Shown: one piece after another, positions 50,060 to 60,424 of the stretch
How the letters are laid out: every line of letters starts with the position of its first letter
Numbering within the stretch: the stretch's first letter is position 1
Origin: Nitrospirota bacterium
GTDB lineage: Bacteria > Nitrospirota > UBA9217
Length of the DNA: 64,000 nt
Direction of reading: 5' to 3'
NCBI GenBank assembly: GCA_963845065.1
Contig: CAWJQQ010000009.1
Span: 896,001 to 960,000 of the forward strand
Notes under the pieces: model-generated
Seen by the model: the letters and a program-made list of their open reading frames with translations, nothing else
Database searches by the model: none
Told to the model about the DNA's origin: nothing
Program-made: the position numbers and the translations under genes

Positions 50060-50927
50060 GGGATGCTATTATGACTGCGGCAAACGGCAAAAAAGTACTC
50101 ATTGTTGATGATGAAGCAAATGCGCGTAAGGTGCTGTCGGCGATATTACAGCAAGAGGGCTATCACGTTCATGAATCAATGAGCGTTGACCACGCCGTGG
50201 GGCTTATGCACAGCGAAGATGTAGATGCCGTTATCACCGACCTGAAAATGCCCAACAAGGACGGCTTCCAGCTGTTTAACTACATTTCCCAGCATCATCC
50301 GCATACTCCGGTTGTATTTTTGACCGCATATGGTTCCGTGGAGTCCGCAGTAAATGCCATGACCAGCGGCGCCTATTATTACTTCATCAAGCCGCCTGAT
50401 TATCCAAAGCTCAAGAATGTCCTTGCAACGGCGATAGAAACGAGCTCAGTTCACAAAAAATTTGAGGACCTGAAAAAGAAATCATCCCGGCAAAGCAATT
50501 CCCCCAGTTTTATCGGGCAAGCACCGTCGATGGTAAGCATTATGAAAACCATTGAAATGGTCAAAGACTCGGAAAGCAGCGTGCTCATCCAGGGGGAAAC
50601 CGGTACGGGGAAAGAGGTAATCGCGTCCAATCTGCATTACCTCAGTAAACGCTTCAACAAGCCCTTTGTCGCTATAAACTGCGCCGCGATACCCCGAGAG
50701 CTCATCGAATCGGAGCTTTTCGGCTATGAGAAAGGCGCGTTTACTGGTGCGACGACATCGAGGACGGGAAAATTCGAGGAAGCCATGGGTGGCACGATGT
50801 TTCTCGATGAGATCGGAGAACTCGATATCTCCGTACAAGCCAAGCTTCTCCGGGTCTTGCAGGAACGGGAGATCGTGCGGCTTGGAACGAATAATAGATT
50901 TAAGGTCAACTTTAGGCTTGTCTCATC
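49412..50927 (+). repeat. about 1.5-kb direct repeat of 31852-33367
   Basis: Constant offset of 17560; only scattered substitutions. Confidence 0.95.
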
Positions 50928-51435
50928 TACTAACAGGGATCTTAAAAGGGAAGTGGAGGAAGGCAGGTTCCGCGAGGATCTGTATTACCGACTTAATGTA
51001 GTCAAGATTGCAGTTCCGCCTCTCCGTGATAGAAAACAGGATATTCCTCTATTTGCAGCAGAATTTTTGAACAGTTTTTCGATACGGGAAAACAGGCCAT
51101 ATTCGTTTTCCGATGATGTTCTGGAGGCCCTCATTCAATATGAGTGGCCCGGAAATGTTAGACAATTAAAAAATGTAATCGAGAGTGCCATTGTCTTGGC
51201 CAAAGACAATCGGATCACCGCAAGTGAACTCCCTGAAGAGTTCCGCTCCCGATTGCAGAAGATAAAAAGCAGCGATAAAGATGTGGTAAAACCCCTAAAG
51301 GTTCTGGAACGCCAGGCTATCAGTGATGCACTCCAATTGAATGGCGGTAATATATCAAAAGCAGCGAGGCAACTTGGCATCTCACGAAAGACGTTCTACA
51401 AAAGACTGAAAGAGTCTGAAAATATTTGCTGCTAG
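50071..51435 (+). CDS. NtrC-family sigma54 response regulator, copy B
   Basis: REC domain, GETGTGKE, GAFTGA, Fis-type HTH. Confidence 0.95.
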   Translation: MTAANGKKVLIVDDEANARKVLSAILQQEGYHVHESMSVDHAVGLMHSEDVDAVITDLKMPNKDGFQLFNYISQHHPHTPVVFLTAYGSVESAVNAMTSGAYYYFIKPPDYPKLKNVLATAIETSSVHKKFEDLKKKSSRQSNSPSFIGQAPSMVSIMKTIEMVKDSESSVLIQGETGTGKEVIASNLHYLSKRFNKPFVAINCAAIPRELIESELFGYEKGAFTGATTSRTGKFEEAMGGTMFLDEIGELDISVQAKLLRVLQEREIVRLGTNNRFKVNFRLVSSTNRDLKREVEEGRFREDLYYRLNVVKIAVPPLRDRKQDIPLFAAEFLNSFSIRENRPYSFSDDVLEALIQYEWPGNVRQLKNVIESAIVLAKDNRITASELPEEFRSRLQKIKSSDKDVVKPLKVLERQAISDALQLNGGNISKAARQLGISRKTFYKRLKESENICC

Positions 51436-51514
51436 CCGTAGGTACCGGCAGTGTCGTTTGCACATCAGCGTCGAATTTTGACAGCGGGATGTACAGCATA
51501 AAAAATGAAAACGA

Positions 51515-53374
51515 ATGGACAAAGTAGATCTCTTTAAAAAGAAATTTTCCATCCTCCAGGATCTTTCCAATGCTATTGTCATTTCCGACAATGTCAATTC
51601 GATAGCAAACCTGCTGCTCGACTATGCCATTAGTTATGCAAATGCTGAAATGGGGTCGCTGATGCTGGTCACCGATGAAGATGAACTTACCATCCTCGCA
51701 TCAAGAGGGCTTGATTCACAGTACGACAGGAATCATAAGATTAAAATTGGTGAGGGTATTGCCGGTACCGTGGCCAAGGGTCATATGCCAGTTCGTGTCA
51801 ATGACATTGAGACGGATGAAGTTTTTCGGCGTATTCGGCGGGACCGCTACAAAACCAACTCGTTCATATCATGTCCCATTATGATTAATAATAAGTTGCT
51901 CGGCCTCGTGAATATCAATGATAAAAAGGACGGAACACCGTTCAATGACGACGAATTTGAATTGCTGAAGACACTTGTAAACCACGCTGCAGTCGCTCTT
52001 GAAAATGCGAATCTCATCGGTCAGTTGAAATCAAAAGCAGGAGAACTTGAGGCAATTAATAAAAAATTGCTGGAAACCGACATCCTGAAAACCGAATTCC
52101 TCACCCGGGTTTCTCACGAGCTTCGGACACCGTTGAATTCGCTGAAAGGCGCAATATTTTATTTACTAAATACAGAGAAAATAGAAATACAAGAACGGCA
52201 GGAATTCGAGGGCATTATCTCGAGTGAGACAGATAAACTCGTAACAATCGTCGAAAACCTTCTGGACTTCCTCAGGTTGGAGGATGAGACGAGGATTATA
52301 AAAAAGACTGTACTAAATGTAGGAGACATCTTCCGAGAACTTCAGGAATCCAAATCACTGATGGCAACTCTTTCTCGCAAAGGCGTAGGTCTCACGGTGC
52401 GCACGCAAGACAACCGCATCGATATCATCGGTGACAAAATAAAGGTCCTTCAGCTCTTTTCAAATTTGATTGACGGGTTCTCCCATTATCTTCAGAGGGG
52501 CGATACGATTGAAATCAGTGCTGCCGAAACACGGTTTGTGACTTTCAGTATTATTTTGCCACGACCGCTGCCAACATCTGTCATTGCAATCCTCCATGAT
52601 ACACGGTATGTATTCCAAATTGACCAACCGGAGGACCGGCTAAAACTCCACCTTGCCAGAAACATACTTGATACGCACCGGTGGAAACTATTAGCCGCAA
52701 ATACCGCCAATAGCTGTCGTATCACGCTTACTGTCCCCACAAGCGCCAAACAGACGATAGATGTCTACGTGGGCCAAAGCATGGATTCATTCGTAGAATT
52801 AATATCAGATTTGCTGGATATCGATATCTGTTCCGTCATGCTTAGCGATGAACTCACGAACGAACTGACCGTCAAAAGTGCGGTCGGCCTGGATGACGAT
52901 ATCGTCAAGAGGACGAGAATAAAACTAGGCGATAAAATCGCGGGTTGGGTTGCTCTAGAAGGGAAGCCGCTGTTCATAGAAAATATCGAAAGCGACATAC
53001 GTTTCGCGAAAACCAATATTTCACAGTACACAACAAAATCGCTCATGACGCTCCCTCTGAAAGTCGGAGACAGGGTTATTGGAGTGCTCAATCTGAACAA
53101 TAAGAAAACTGCGGAGCCCTTTTCAGAAGGGGACTACCTGATAGCATCACAAATGAGCGACAAGATATCGCATTTCATAGAACTACTTCAATCTGAAACT
53201 TTTGATGAAAAAGATTTTAAACAGTTTATCACGTCACTAAGCGGCATGCTTGATGCGGACGATGCATATCATGCAAAGAGGGATATCCTATCAACATTCG
53301 TCGACAAGATTCTTAAAGATTCCAAACCATTAATTAAACTGAAAAAAACCCCCCACCATGCCGGCCACTCTTAA
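51515..53374 (+). CDS. GAF-HisKA-(degenerate HATPase)-GAF protein
   Basis: 'GEGIAG' GAF, 'SHELRTPL', no DxGxG/G2 boxes, second GAF. Confidence 0.88.
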   Translation: MDKVDLFKKKFSILQDLSNAIVISDNVNSIANLLLDYAISYANAEMGSLMLVTDEDELTILASRGLDSQYDRNHKIKIGEGIAGTVAKGHMPVRVNDIETDEVFRRIRRDRYKTNSFISCPIMINNKLLGLVNINDKKDGTPFNDDEFELLKTLVNHAAVALENANLIGQLKSKAGELEAINKKLLETDILKTEFLTRVSHELRTPLNSLKGAIFYLLNTEKIEIQERQEFEGIISSETDKLVTIVENLLDFLRLEDETRIIKKTVLNVGDIFRELQESKSLMATLSRKGVGLTVRTQDNRIDIIGDKIKVLQLFSNLIDGFSHYLQRGDTIEISAAETRFVTFSIILPRPLPTSVIAILHDTRYVFQIDQPEDRLKLHLARNILDTHRWKLLAANTANSCRITLTVPTSAKQTIDVYVGQSMDSFVELISDLLDIDICSVMLSDELTNELTVKSAVGLDDDIVKRTRIKLGDKIAGWVALEGKPLFIENIESDIRFAKTNISQYTTKSLMTLPLKVGDRVIGVLNLNNKKTAEPFSEGDYLIASQMSDKISHFIELLQSETFDEKDFKQFITSLSGMLDADDAYHAKRDILSTFVDKILKDSKPLIKLKKTPHHAGHS

Positions 53375-53467
53375 CTGAATAATTTACCTTGGATGGGTTG
53401 TGCATTATTGTACTCTGCGGGGCTTGACATCCTTACCAAACCATGCGGAAGGTGAAAAAATCACTTA

Positions 53468-53509
53468 TTGAAGTACTCCACCGCTTAAACATGTGGGGTT
53501 CTCGCGCGG
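53468..53509 (-). mobile_element. single-hairpin IS200/IS605 miniature
   Basis: ccgcgcgagaaccccac..gcggtgg-agtacttcaa; 5' part matches the left end near 62694, 3' part resembles the right end near 62987. Confidence 0.55.
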
Positions 53510-53520
53510 CGTCCATAATC

Positions 53521-54615
53521 CTAATATTGCCTTATTTTCAAGGCCCACCACTCGGCCCATTTATCTGAGTTGCTTCCAAATTGCTGGCCCGTTATCTTTT
53601 CAAGCGCCTCTGATGCCAATCTACTTACAAATGAATCTGCATCATGCAGTGCTTCTATCAAGGATTCTATTGCTCTAGGGTCATGCAGTTCGCCAAGCGC
53701 AAATGCTGCCCTCCTTCTTACATAGGCATGACCATCCGATAGCGCATTGATCAAGGGGATTTCTGCTCGATTATCTTTCAAGTCCCCCAGTTCCATGGCA
53801 GCTTCCCAACGAACAGACGGGTCCTTGTCCTTTAAAGATTCAATTAGCTTTTCTACCTCTACCGACCGGTCATCGACCTTATTTTCTGCAACCGGCGCGA
53901 TGTAGCTATCAGGATTCTGTTGTGGGCAAGGATTGTTCAGTAGTTGTATGATTTCTTGCAGGTCATATAACTCGGCGTACTGCAGGGCCGTTTTCCCCTG
54001 ATTGTCTGCTACCCCCTTATCGGCCCCTTTCCTTAACAAGGGACAAATAAGCTCACTATAGCCTTTGGAGGATGCAACTATCAGTGCCGAAGATCCTTGC
54101 TGGTTTCTGGCATTTACATCTGCACCTTTGTTCAACAAAAGTTCGGCAAGGTTTGTTTTGTTTAATGCAGTCGCAAGAATCAATGCTGTATTTCCGTCAT
54201 CATTTTTACCATTAATATCAGCACCGTTTTGAATTAAATACTCTGCTGTCTTCAAGTGACCTTCTGTAGTAATCGCTATTGGCTCACTCTTCTGGCTTCC
54301 TTTATCCGCTAAAGGAGAAATATTCATGGTAAAATATGACAATGCTAAAAGTGCATCATACCCATCTTTGTTTTTTGCGTGTATATTGGCACCCTTTATG
54401 ATTAATTTTTTTACAATGGCAAAGTCTCCGTGTTTAGCAGCTAAAATGAGAGGAGTGTTGCCATTGTTGTCCCTTTTGTTGACATCATCTCTTGAAATTG
54501 CTTTTTCAACGTCACTCATGTTGCCGCTGTCCGCCGCTGTTAGTATGTTTGTGGCACATGATGTCATTATAACTAAACTGCCTAACAGAAATAAAACTAG
54601 CATTTCGTTCTTCAT
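53521..54615 (-). CDS. ankyrin-repeat plus HEAT-repeat lipoprotein
   Basis: Lipobox 'MTSC'; 'GNTPLILAA', 'GADVN'; 'VRWEAAMELG' and 'VRRRAAFALG'. Confidence 0.9.
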   Translation of the reverse strand: MKNEMLVLFLLGSLVIMTSCATNILTAADSGNMSDVEKAISRDDVNKRDNNGNTPLILAAKHGDFAIVKKLIIKGANIHAKNKDGYDALLALSYFTMNISPLADKGSQKSEPIAITTEGHLKTAEYLIQNGADINGKNDDGNTALILATALNKTNLAELLLNKGADVNARNQQGSSALIVASSKGYSELICPLLRKGADKGVADNQGKTALQYAELYDLQEIIQLLNNPCPQQNPDSYIAPVAENKVDDRSVEVEKLIESLKDKDPSVRWEAAMELGDLKDNRAEIPLINALSDGHAYVRRRAAFALGELHDPRAIESLIEALHDADSFVSRLASEALEKITGQQFGSNSDKWAEWWALKIRQY

Positions 54616-54884
54616 ATAAATGATCTCCAGTTACTTGTCTGACAAATGTCGCGTTTCTGTCAAACTTTAGAAGTGTACCAGTAATCTTACCTCAACGTGG
54701 GTTAAAATTGAGGAGCCCATTGGCTAAATCCCACTCTCACCAATATCCCACAGAAACATAGGTATTGCATAAACACGTTCTGAACCTCCCCGTGGCTGAA
54801 GCCAGGGGGTTCTGAAAACCTTATCCAATTACTCTTCCGGGCTCTCACGACCGCAAAGGCCAGCCGCTACAACCTTTCACTACT

Positions 54885-56402
54885 TTAAATGCCAGCAGCT
54901 ACAACTTCCCGGACATCGATCTTGGCATGGTCTTCTTTCACAGGCGATCCGCTCTGTCTCCGGCCCAAACGAGTACGTTGTTTGAGACCGAAGCTGAGAG
55001 GAAAAGCACTCCTCACATTCGCAGATTGCTGCTGCAATCTCGATACCGCCTGTTTAAGGAGCGGTTCCGCACCCGGCCAGTATCTACTTGCCTCAGCCGT
55101 ATCGAGAACACCATCTTGAACGTGATACGCAAGATATGCGGAATAGAGGTCCCGTTGGGCTGCTACTCCGCATTCACATACATGTTGCCGCTGCGAGAGC
55201 GGTTTTTTCTTTACTGTTCCGCAATGGCAGGTTTGAGACAGCCTGAGTTTTCGAGTTGGGAGTTCAATCACTTTTCCGCCGGCACTCTCAGCCTTGCGAG
55301 AAAGCATTGATACAAAGGTTCCCGGTGCCCTTAAACCCACGCTTTTACCAAAATTACGCTGCAATGATTTGTAGCTTAGTGTTTCAAGATTAATGTGATT
55401 TCCCAGTGTTAAAATTTCATTGGCTAGTTTGCCATGAAGAGATTTTCTCTGCGCGGCTTGTTTCCGGTGAAGTTCTGATACTGCAGTCCGTATCGTCTGA
55501 TAGTTCTTTGAATTGGTCCAGGTCTTGGCACCCTTTTTAACGGTGCCATCGGCGTTATAATTCCCAGAGTTTGTGGCCCTTCGTGACCGATCGAGCGCCC
55601 GTTGCAATCGCTTAATGGTCTTTTCGAGCGGTTCCAGCTCTTTACAAAACTGCTGAAGATCGGCGTAGCCATGAGTATAAATAGCGTACGTAGACGGGCC
55701 GAGATCCAGGGCGATTGTACCATCAGAGATGATGTTTTTGGTTTTCTGCTTCGGCAGCCCTTCCTGCACTAGCTGGGCGTAGAAGTAGTTTTTACTGCGC
55801 ATCCGCCTGCAGACCAGCCTTACATATTTTGTCCTACAGGAAAGGGCGTGGGCCTGCACGCCATGCTTGTCTTTTTTGTCGAATAAGCAGGGCAGTTCAA
55901 GACCAATCCACTCGATACGGCTTTGCTTTTCGTCTATGCGGAAACGTATGCCAGCGGCGTTGCTCTTGGATTCAACACTTAAGAGTTGATGCTTGCCTTT
56001 GAACCTTGGTCTGCCTCTTTTATTGAACGCATATTTTTGGACAGCATCAAACGCCCGGGTGGCGATTTTCTGGACAGTATGAACATCCAGGTGATCACCG
56101 ATGTGGCAGGCGTTCTTTGCCGCGCCAGCATACTTGTGCAAGCTGTATGCGGAGAAGCCAAACTTCTCATTCACAGCCTTAAATGCATTGGAACGCAATC
56201 CCTTATCCTTATAGGGTATAATGCGTGCCTTTTGATATTGCTTGGATTCCCACATGAGATCCAGGCGTTTGAGAGATTCGCCGAGACAGGCATTGTAAAG
56301 TTGCCGGGCCACGTCCATGCGCATGAGGAGTATCCTCTCCTGAGATGTACTGACCAGAAGAGACAATTCATGGATAAACGATGGTGTTGTTTTCTTCTCC
56401 AT
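54885..56402 (-). CDS. tnpB: RNA-guided endonuclease TnpB (505 aa, D-E-D intact)
   Basis: 'IALDLGP', 'NLETL', 'SQTCHC', 'QRDLYSA'. Confidence 0.93.
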   Translation of the reverse strand: MEKKTTPSFIHELSLLVSTSQERILLMRMDVARQLYNACLGESLKRLDLMWESKQYQKARIIPYKDKGLRSNAFKAVNEKFGFSAYSLHKYAGAAKNACHIGDHLDVHTVQKIATRAFDAVQKYAFNKRGRPRFKGKHQLLSVESKSNAAGIRFRIDEKQSRIEWIGLELPCLFDKKDKHGVQAHALSCRTKYVRLVCRRMRSKNYFYAQLVQEGLPKQKTKNIISDGTIALDLGPSTYAIYTHGYADLQQFCKELEPLEKTIKRLQRALDRSRRATNSGNYNADGTVKKGAKTWTNSKNYQTIRTAVSELHRKQAAQRKSLHGKLANEILTLGNHINLETLSYKSLQRNFGKSVGLRAPGTFVSMLSRKAESAGGKVIELPTRKLRLSQTCHCGTVKKKPLSQRQHVCECGVAAQRDLYSAYLAYHVQDGVLDTAEASRYWPGAEPLLKQAVSRLQQQSANVRSAFPLSFGLKQRTRLGRRQSGSPVKEDHAKIDVREVVAAGI

Positions 56403-56414
56403 ACAACTCCCTGA

Positions 56415-56819
56415 TTAAACAACTTTCTGGTGTTCAATATATTGTTTGATAACTGCCAACGGCGCCCCACCAACGGTAGAAACAAAGTAGCTGTTGGTCC
56501 AAAGTGTTGGAATCCGGGTCCGGAGAACCTTGAATTCTGAACGAAGCAGTTTGGAGCTTCTGCCCTTTATCTGTTTGACTAGCCGATGAATGCCGTACTG
56601 CGGACCAACCTCTACCAGTAAATGTACGTGATCCGGCATTATCTCCAACTCAATAATTTCAGATTTTCTCTCGGGAACCACATCCCTGATAATTGCTTTC
56701 AACCGTCCGGCGATACTGCCGGTCAACACGCTCTTTCGGTACTTAGGACACCACACAACATGATATTTACAGCCGTAAACTACATTATTATTGGACTTAT
56801 ACGTCTTTATATCAATCAT
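56415..56819 (-). CDS. tnpA: IS200-type Y1 HUH transposase
   Basis: 'YHVVWCPKYR', 'PDHVH', 'LWTNSYF', 'QYIEHQ'. Confidence 0.95.
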   Translation of the reverse strand: MIDIKTYKSNNNVVYGCKYHVVWCPKYRKSVLTGSIAGRLKAIIRDVVPERKSEIIELEIMPDHVHLLVEVGPQYGIHRLVKQIKGRSSKLLRSEFKVLRTRIPTLWTNSYFVSTVGGAPLAVIKQYIEHQKVV

Positions 56820-57182
56820 ACAGCATATTATACAGCAAAAAGCTGTATAACACAACTCCTATCCCCATGTCTAAAGCCAGGGGCTTGCGGAGTTGAAAGG
56901 CTTTTGGTCACATTGGTCATTCCATCTGCCGTAGTTTAAAACGGCCTGGAATCAATCACCTTTACAGATTATCAACCGTAGTGCGTAATTTTATTTATTG
57001 TCCAAGTAAAATCCACTAACGAGGATTACTCATGAATAACAGAGCGAAAAAGTAATGGTCTATTGGCCGCGGCCCGTTGAAAGCGAATGTCGTTAACCAG
57101 CAGCACTGTAAAGCTTTGACCGGGACAAGTCACACGTGATTCGTTTCAAACTCTGGTTTTTTGACAGGAGGGCGTCCAAAAG

Positions 57183-58406
57183 TCACGTAGTAGTGGCCAA
57201 TCCTTCATCCGCAATTTCACCATCGTCTCCATTATTCAAAAGGGGGAGTATCTGAAGCTCCATGACCTCGCCGCTTAATTCCCTGAGGAGTAAGTTAAAA
57301 AAAGTCTTGGTAATTTTTTCGTCAAACTGAGTACCGCAGCATTCGATTACCTCTTGGAATGTTTTATTAAGTCCCAGCTTATGTCGGTATGGGCGGTTCG
57401 TAGTCATCGCATCAAAGGCATCCACAAGGGAAAGAATTTTGACCCCCTCGCTCAACTCCCGTGACATGAGAGCATCGGGATAACCTTTACCATCCATCCG
57501 TTCATGATGGTGACGGACGAAATTGTTGATATTTTTCCAAGGGAACTTGACCTTGGAAAGGATATCGTAAGAAATCTCAGGATGTTTACGTATTTCGTTT
57601 AGCTCGACAGCCGTCAGTTTTTCCCCTTTTCTGATGAGACCCGTGTCAATGATGATCTTTCCGATATCATGGAGCAGTCCGGCGACGTAGATTCCTTCAA
57701 TATCTTTTTTCTTCCATCCCAGTTCCTTCGCGATTGCTACGGCATAGCTTGCTACGCGGTAAGAATGGTCTTTGGTGTAACCGTCCTTGGCGTCGATTGC
57801 GGCCGCAAATGCCTGGATGGTGTCATTGTAGATCCGCTGCATATTCTTGTAAAGCCGTCGGTTTTCCGTCGCTTTCTTGGAAAGCTCCAGGAACAACTGC
57901 GCACTATGCAGCGTGATCGCCATTTGATGTGCTATGACTCTGAGGACATCTTTTTCTCCTTGACGGTAGGGTGCTCCACCAAGTTTTTTGCCAAGTGTGA
58001 TAGCGCCCACGAATGTCCCTTTTGCGAAAAGCGGGAGAAAAATACTTGACTGCAATTTCGTCAATACGTTTTTATTCTGCTTGAAAAATGAGTTCGCAGA
58101 CATATCCCGGGATGAATGGGGGTCATTCATTCTGAAATGCTTGACCTGTATTGCTGTGGCATCCAGGCGTATAGCCTCGGCGTCGATGTCCCGATATCCC
58201 TTTGTAACGACAAGATTGAGTTCTTGTCGCTTCGGTTGGTAAACAAACAAGGCTGCAGTCGGTATGGATAGCGTCCCTGTAATAACAAAGAGGGCGGACT
58301 TCATTTTTGACAGTAAGTCTTTTGAGGAGGTAGCCTCCTGGCCCAGGTCTACAAGCGAAGCAATGCTGAACATCAGACGTTTGAGATGCAGTTTTTTATC
58401 CTTCAT
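57183..58406 (-). CDS. GAF plus HD-GYP phosphodiesterase
   Basis: 'YTKDHS', 'LLHDIGK', 'HHERMDGKGYP', 'RPYR'. Confidence 0.93.
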   Translation of the reverse strand: MKDKKLHLKRLMFSIASLVDLGQEATSSKDLLSKMKSALFVITGTLSIPTAALFVYQPKRQELNLVVTKGYRDIDAEAIRLDATAIQVKHFRMNDPHSSRDMSANSFFKQNKNVLTKLQSSIFLPLFAKGTFVGAITLGKKLGGAPYRQGEKDVLRVIAHQMAITLHSAQLFLELSKKATENRRLYKNMQRIYNDTIQAFAAAIDAKDGYTKDHSYRVASYAVAIAKELGWKKKDIEGIYVAGLLHDIGKIIIDTGLIRKGEKLTAVELNEIRKHPEISYDILSKVKFPWKNINNFVRHHHERMDGKGYPDALMSRELSEGVKILSLVDAFDAMTTNRPYRHKLGLNKTFQEVIECCGTQFDEKITKTFFNLLLRELSGEVMELQILPLLNNGDDGEIADEGLATTT

Positions 58407-58407
58407 G

Positions 58408-58761
58408 TCAATGTCTTCCGTCCAAATAAAGGAATGCGTCTTTTTCGTCTTTAAAAACCTTTACATATTTTATTAAACCTGCAATTTCAAAAATAGATTG
58501 ATGGTCTTTTTTCATGTTCGTAAAGCATAAGACGCTGTCGTATTCCATTGTCTTTTGCATCATACCCAGGAAAACCGAGAGCCCTATGGTATTGATAAAC
58601 TTTACATCGGAAAAGTTAACGACGAGTTTCTTCATTCCATGTCCGAGAAACTGCTCGTTTTCGAGTTCAAGACACTCTGCCGCGATGTCATTAATGTATC
58701 CCTTGGGCATCATGACGGCTATATCTCCGGACGATCTTGACGATAAAGAAAAATTACTCAT
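58408..58761 (-). CDS. STAS-domain anti-sigma factor antagonist
   Basis: 117 aa; 'VVNFSDVKFINTIGL', 'IFEIAGL'. Confidence 0.88.
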   Translation of the reverse strand: MSNFSLSSRSSGDIAVMMPKGYINDIAAECLELENEQFLGHGMKKLVVNFSDVKFINTIGLSVFLGMMQKTMEYDSVLCFTNMKKDHQSIFEIAGLIKYVKVFKDEKDAFLYLDGRH

Positions 58762-60424
58762 GGCTTATCGAATTCTCCTTTTTTTTACTAGTAGATTTTT
58801 CGATTTTTTTTATCAGCACTATTTTTGTGCCAAGAGCGGTTTTTTCAAACTCGATATCATCCACAAATCGTTTCATCAGTTTTATGCCCCATCCTCTTCC
58901 GGGTCCTTTCGCAGCATCCTGATCGCGGAAAGGTTCGCCAGTTTCCCTAATAATGAACTCCGGTCCGGCACTTTCTACCGAAACTTCTAGTTGGTCCTCA
59001 TCCACAATGACGCTGACATAGATGTTGTCTCCACTCCCCCTGCTGTGTTCAATTGCGTTGATGCATGCCTCGATAACCGCTATTTGCAGCTGTCCGATGG
59101 TCTCAGGGTTAAGGTTCAGGTTTTTGCCGATTTGCTCGAGGCCTTGCGCAGCTATAAGTTCGGCCTCCTTTACCATGGGCAGGGCCATGTCATATCGGGC
59201 AACATGTCCTTTTTGCGGGACTAACGCCGCTAGAAAATATTCTGTGAGCTCGTGGGTGGATTTCGTCAAGACTTCCCTCAGGTAAAGGCAGTCGATAACG
59301 TCCCTTAATACCCTGTCTTCCTCAGCCCTGAACACGCCTAACTCTCCGCGAATGATGCCCGCCAAATACAGGTTATATGCAATATCATGCGCACGACCGT
59401 CAGGCAGCGCAAAGGACTTTGCAATCCGTTGGCAGGAAAGAGGTTCGGCGGTGTGATGGATTTTATAGGCTATTGCAAGTGCCAGCCTCCTCATCCCCAA
59501 GTCTGGGAAAAAACTCTTCAAAATCGTGAACCAGGAAAGGACAAGCTGTCCTTCCATGACCTCTTGAATATATGCATTCCAGAAATCCTTCTCGTCCGGA
59601 TTGCTCTTCGAGCATGCTTTCGCAACGACACAACCCAGGTAAAAGGGATTCCCGCCGAGATGCCTCTGCAGAAGGGGGGGGACATTTCCTGTGGCCTCAT
59701 ATGCAGTCATAAGTGCACTCGCTCTTGCCGAGGCACCCTCAGTTCCCAAGGGGTGTAGCGATATACGCTCAAGGCCGCTCACAACAGGCATCTCTTGGAG
59801 TTCCGATGCGTTTCCGGCGATGATATGCGGCGTTTTTTTGTGCATAATCGCTTCTTGAAATAGGGAAGCTAATCGGGCATCGGGAACACCATCGATATGG
59901 AGCCCCTTCATCCAGTGAAAATCATCGAGCAGGACGGCGACAGGCATCCCTGTGGCAAGCGCTGAGCGATGTGGGGCCGCAAGCGCGATGCGGAGAGTAT
60001 CGAGCGGATCACCGGCGCATTGGATGTACTGGTCAAGAATCTCCTTTGCCCAGCTTGCTTCCAATTCCTCTATGAGCAGGGAAAGACCATCAATTGATAT
60101 CCCATCCTGATACAGCAATGATTGTTCTTTTTTCGGGAATGCAAGTCGTTGGCGAAGAAACCCAATCAGATAGGTCTTGGAAAAAGTCGTAACAGACAGG
60201 AGTGCGGGGTTGACTGTATACGAGAAAGGAGCTACTCGATCTTGCTTCCAGAACAGGTAGCCGAAGAGTTGTTTGAGGATCTCTGATTTGCCGATACCCC
60301 GGTGACCAAACAAAATTGCGCTTTGAGCTTGGCCCCAATCCGCCATGAGAACTCTTTTATAGAGGGCGGACAACTCCTCCTGCCGATTAATGAATTCTCC
60401 GTTCTTGAGCGAGCTAAATGGCAT
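58754..60424 (-). CDS. P-loop (STAND-like) ATPase fused to an RsbW/SpoIIAB-type kinase domain
   Basis: 'FINRQEEL', GHRGIGKS, 'LLDDF', 'GGNPFYL'; C-terminal 'EACINAIEH', 'GRGWG..LM..FVD'. Confidence 0.85.
   Translation of the reverse strand: MPFSSLKNGEFINRQEELSALYKRVLMADWGQAQSAILFGHRGIGKSEILKQLFGYLFWKQDRVAPFSYTVNPALLSVTTFSKTYLIGFLRQRLAFPKKEQSLLYQDGISIDGLSLLIEELEASWAKEILDQYIQCAGDPLDTLRIALAAPHRSALATGMPVAVLLDDFHWMKGLHIDGVPDARLASLFQEAIMHKKTPHIIAGNASELQEMPVVSGLERISLHPLGTEGASARASALMTAYEATGNVPPLLQRHLGGNPFYLGCVVAKACSKSNPDEKDFWNAYIQEVMEGQLVLSWFTILKSFFPDLGMRRLALAIAYKIHHTAEPLSCQRIAKSFALPDGRAHDIAYNLYLAGIIRGELGVFRAEEDRVLRDVIDCLYLREVLTKSTHELTEYFLAALVPQKGHVARYDMALPMVKEAELIAAQGLEQIGKNLNLNPETIGQLQIAVIEACINAIEHSRGSGDNIYVSVIVDEDQLEVSVESAGPEFIIRETGEPFRDQDAAKGPGRGWGIKLMKRFVDDIEFEKTALGTKIVLIKKIEKSTSKKKENSISHE

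Larger units (their letters stand above)
54780..56906 (-). mobile_element. autonomous IS200/IS605 element (tnpA and tnpB co-oriented)
   Basis: TGAC then left end with CAAG guide and hairpin; right end GAAC-hairpin-TCAG. Confidence 0.93.

Noticed and set aside
57035..57100. attC-like site
   Set aside because: Core boxes are poorly complementary and no integrase is present
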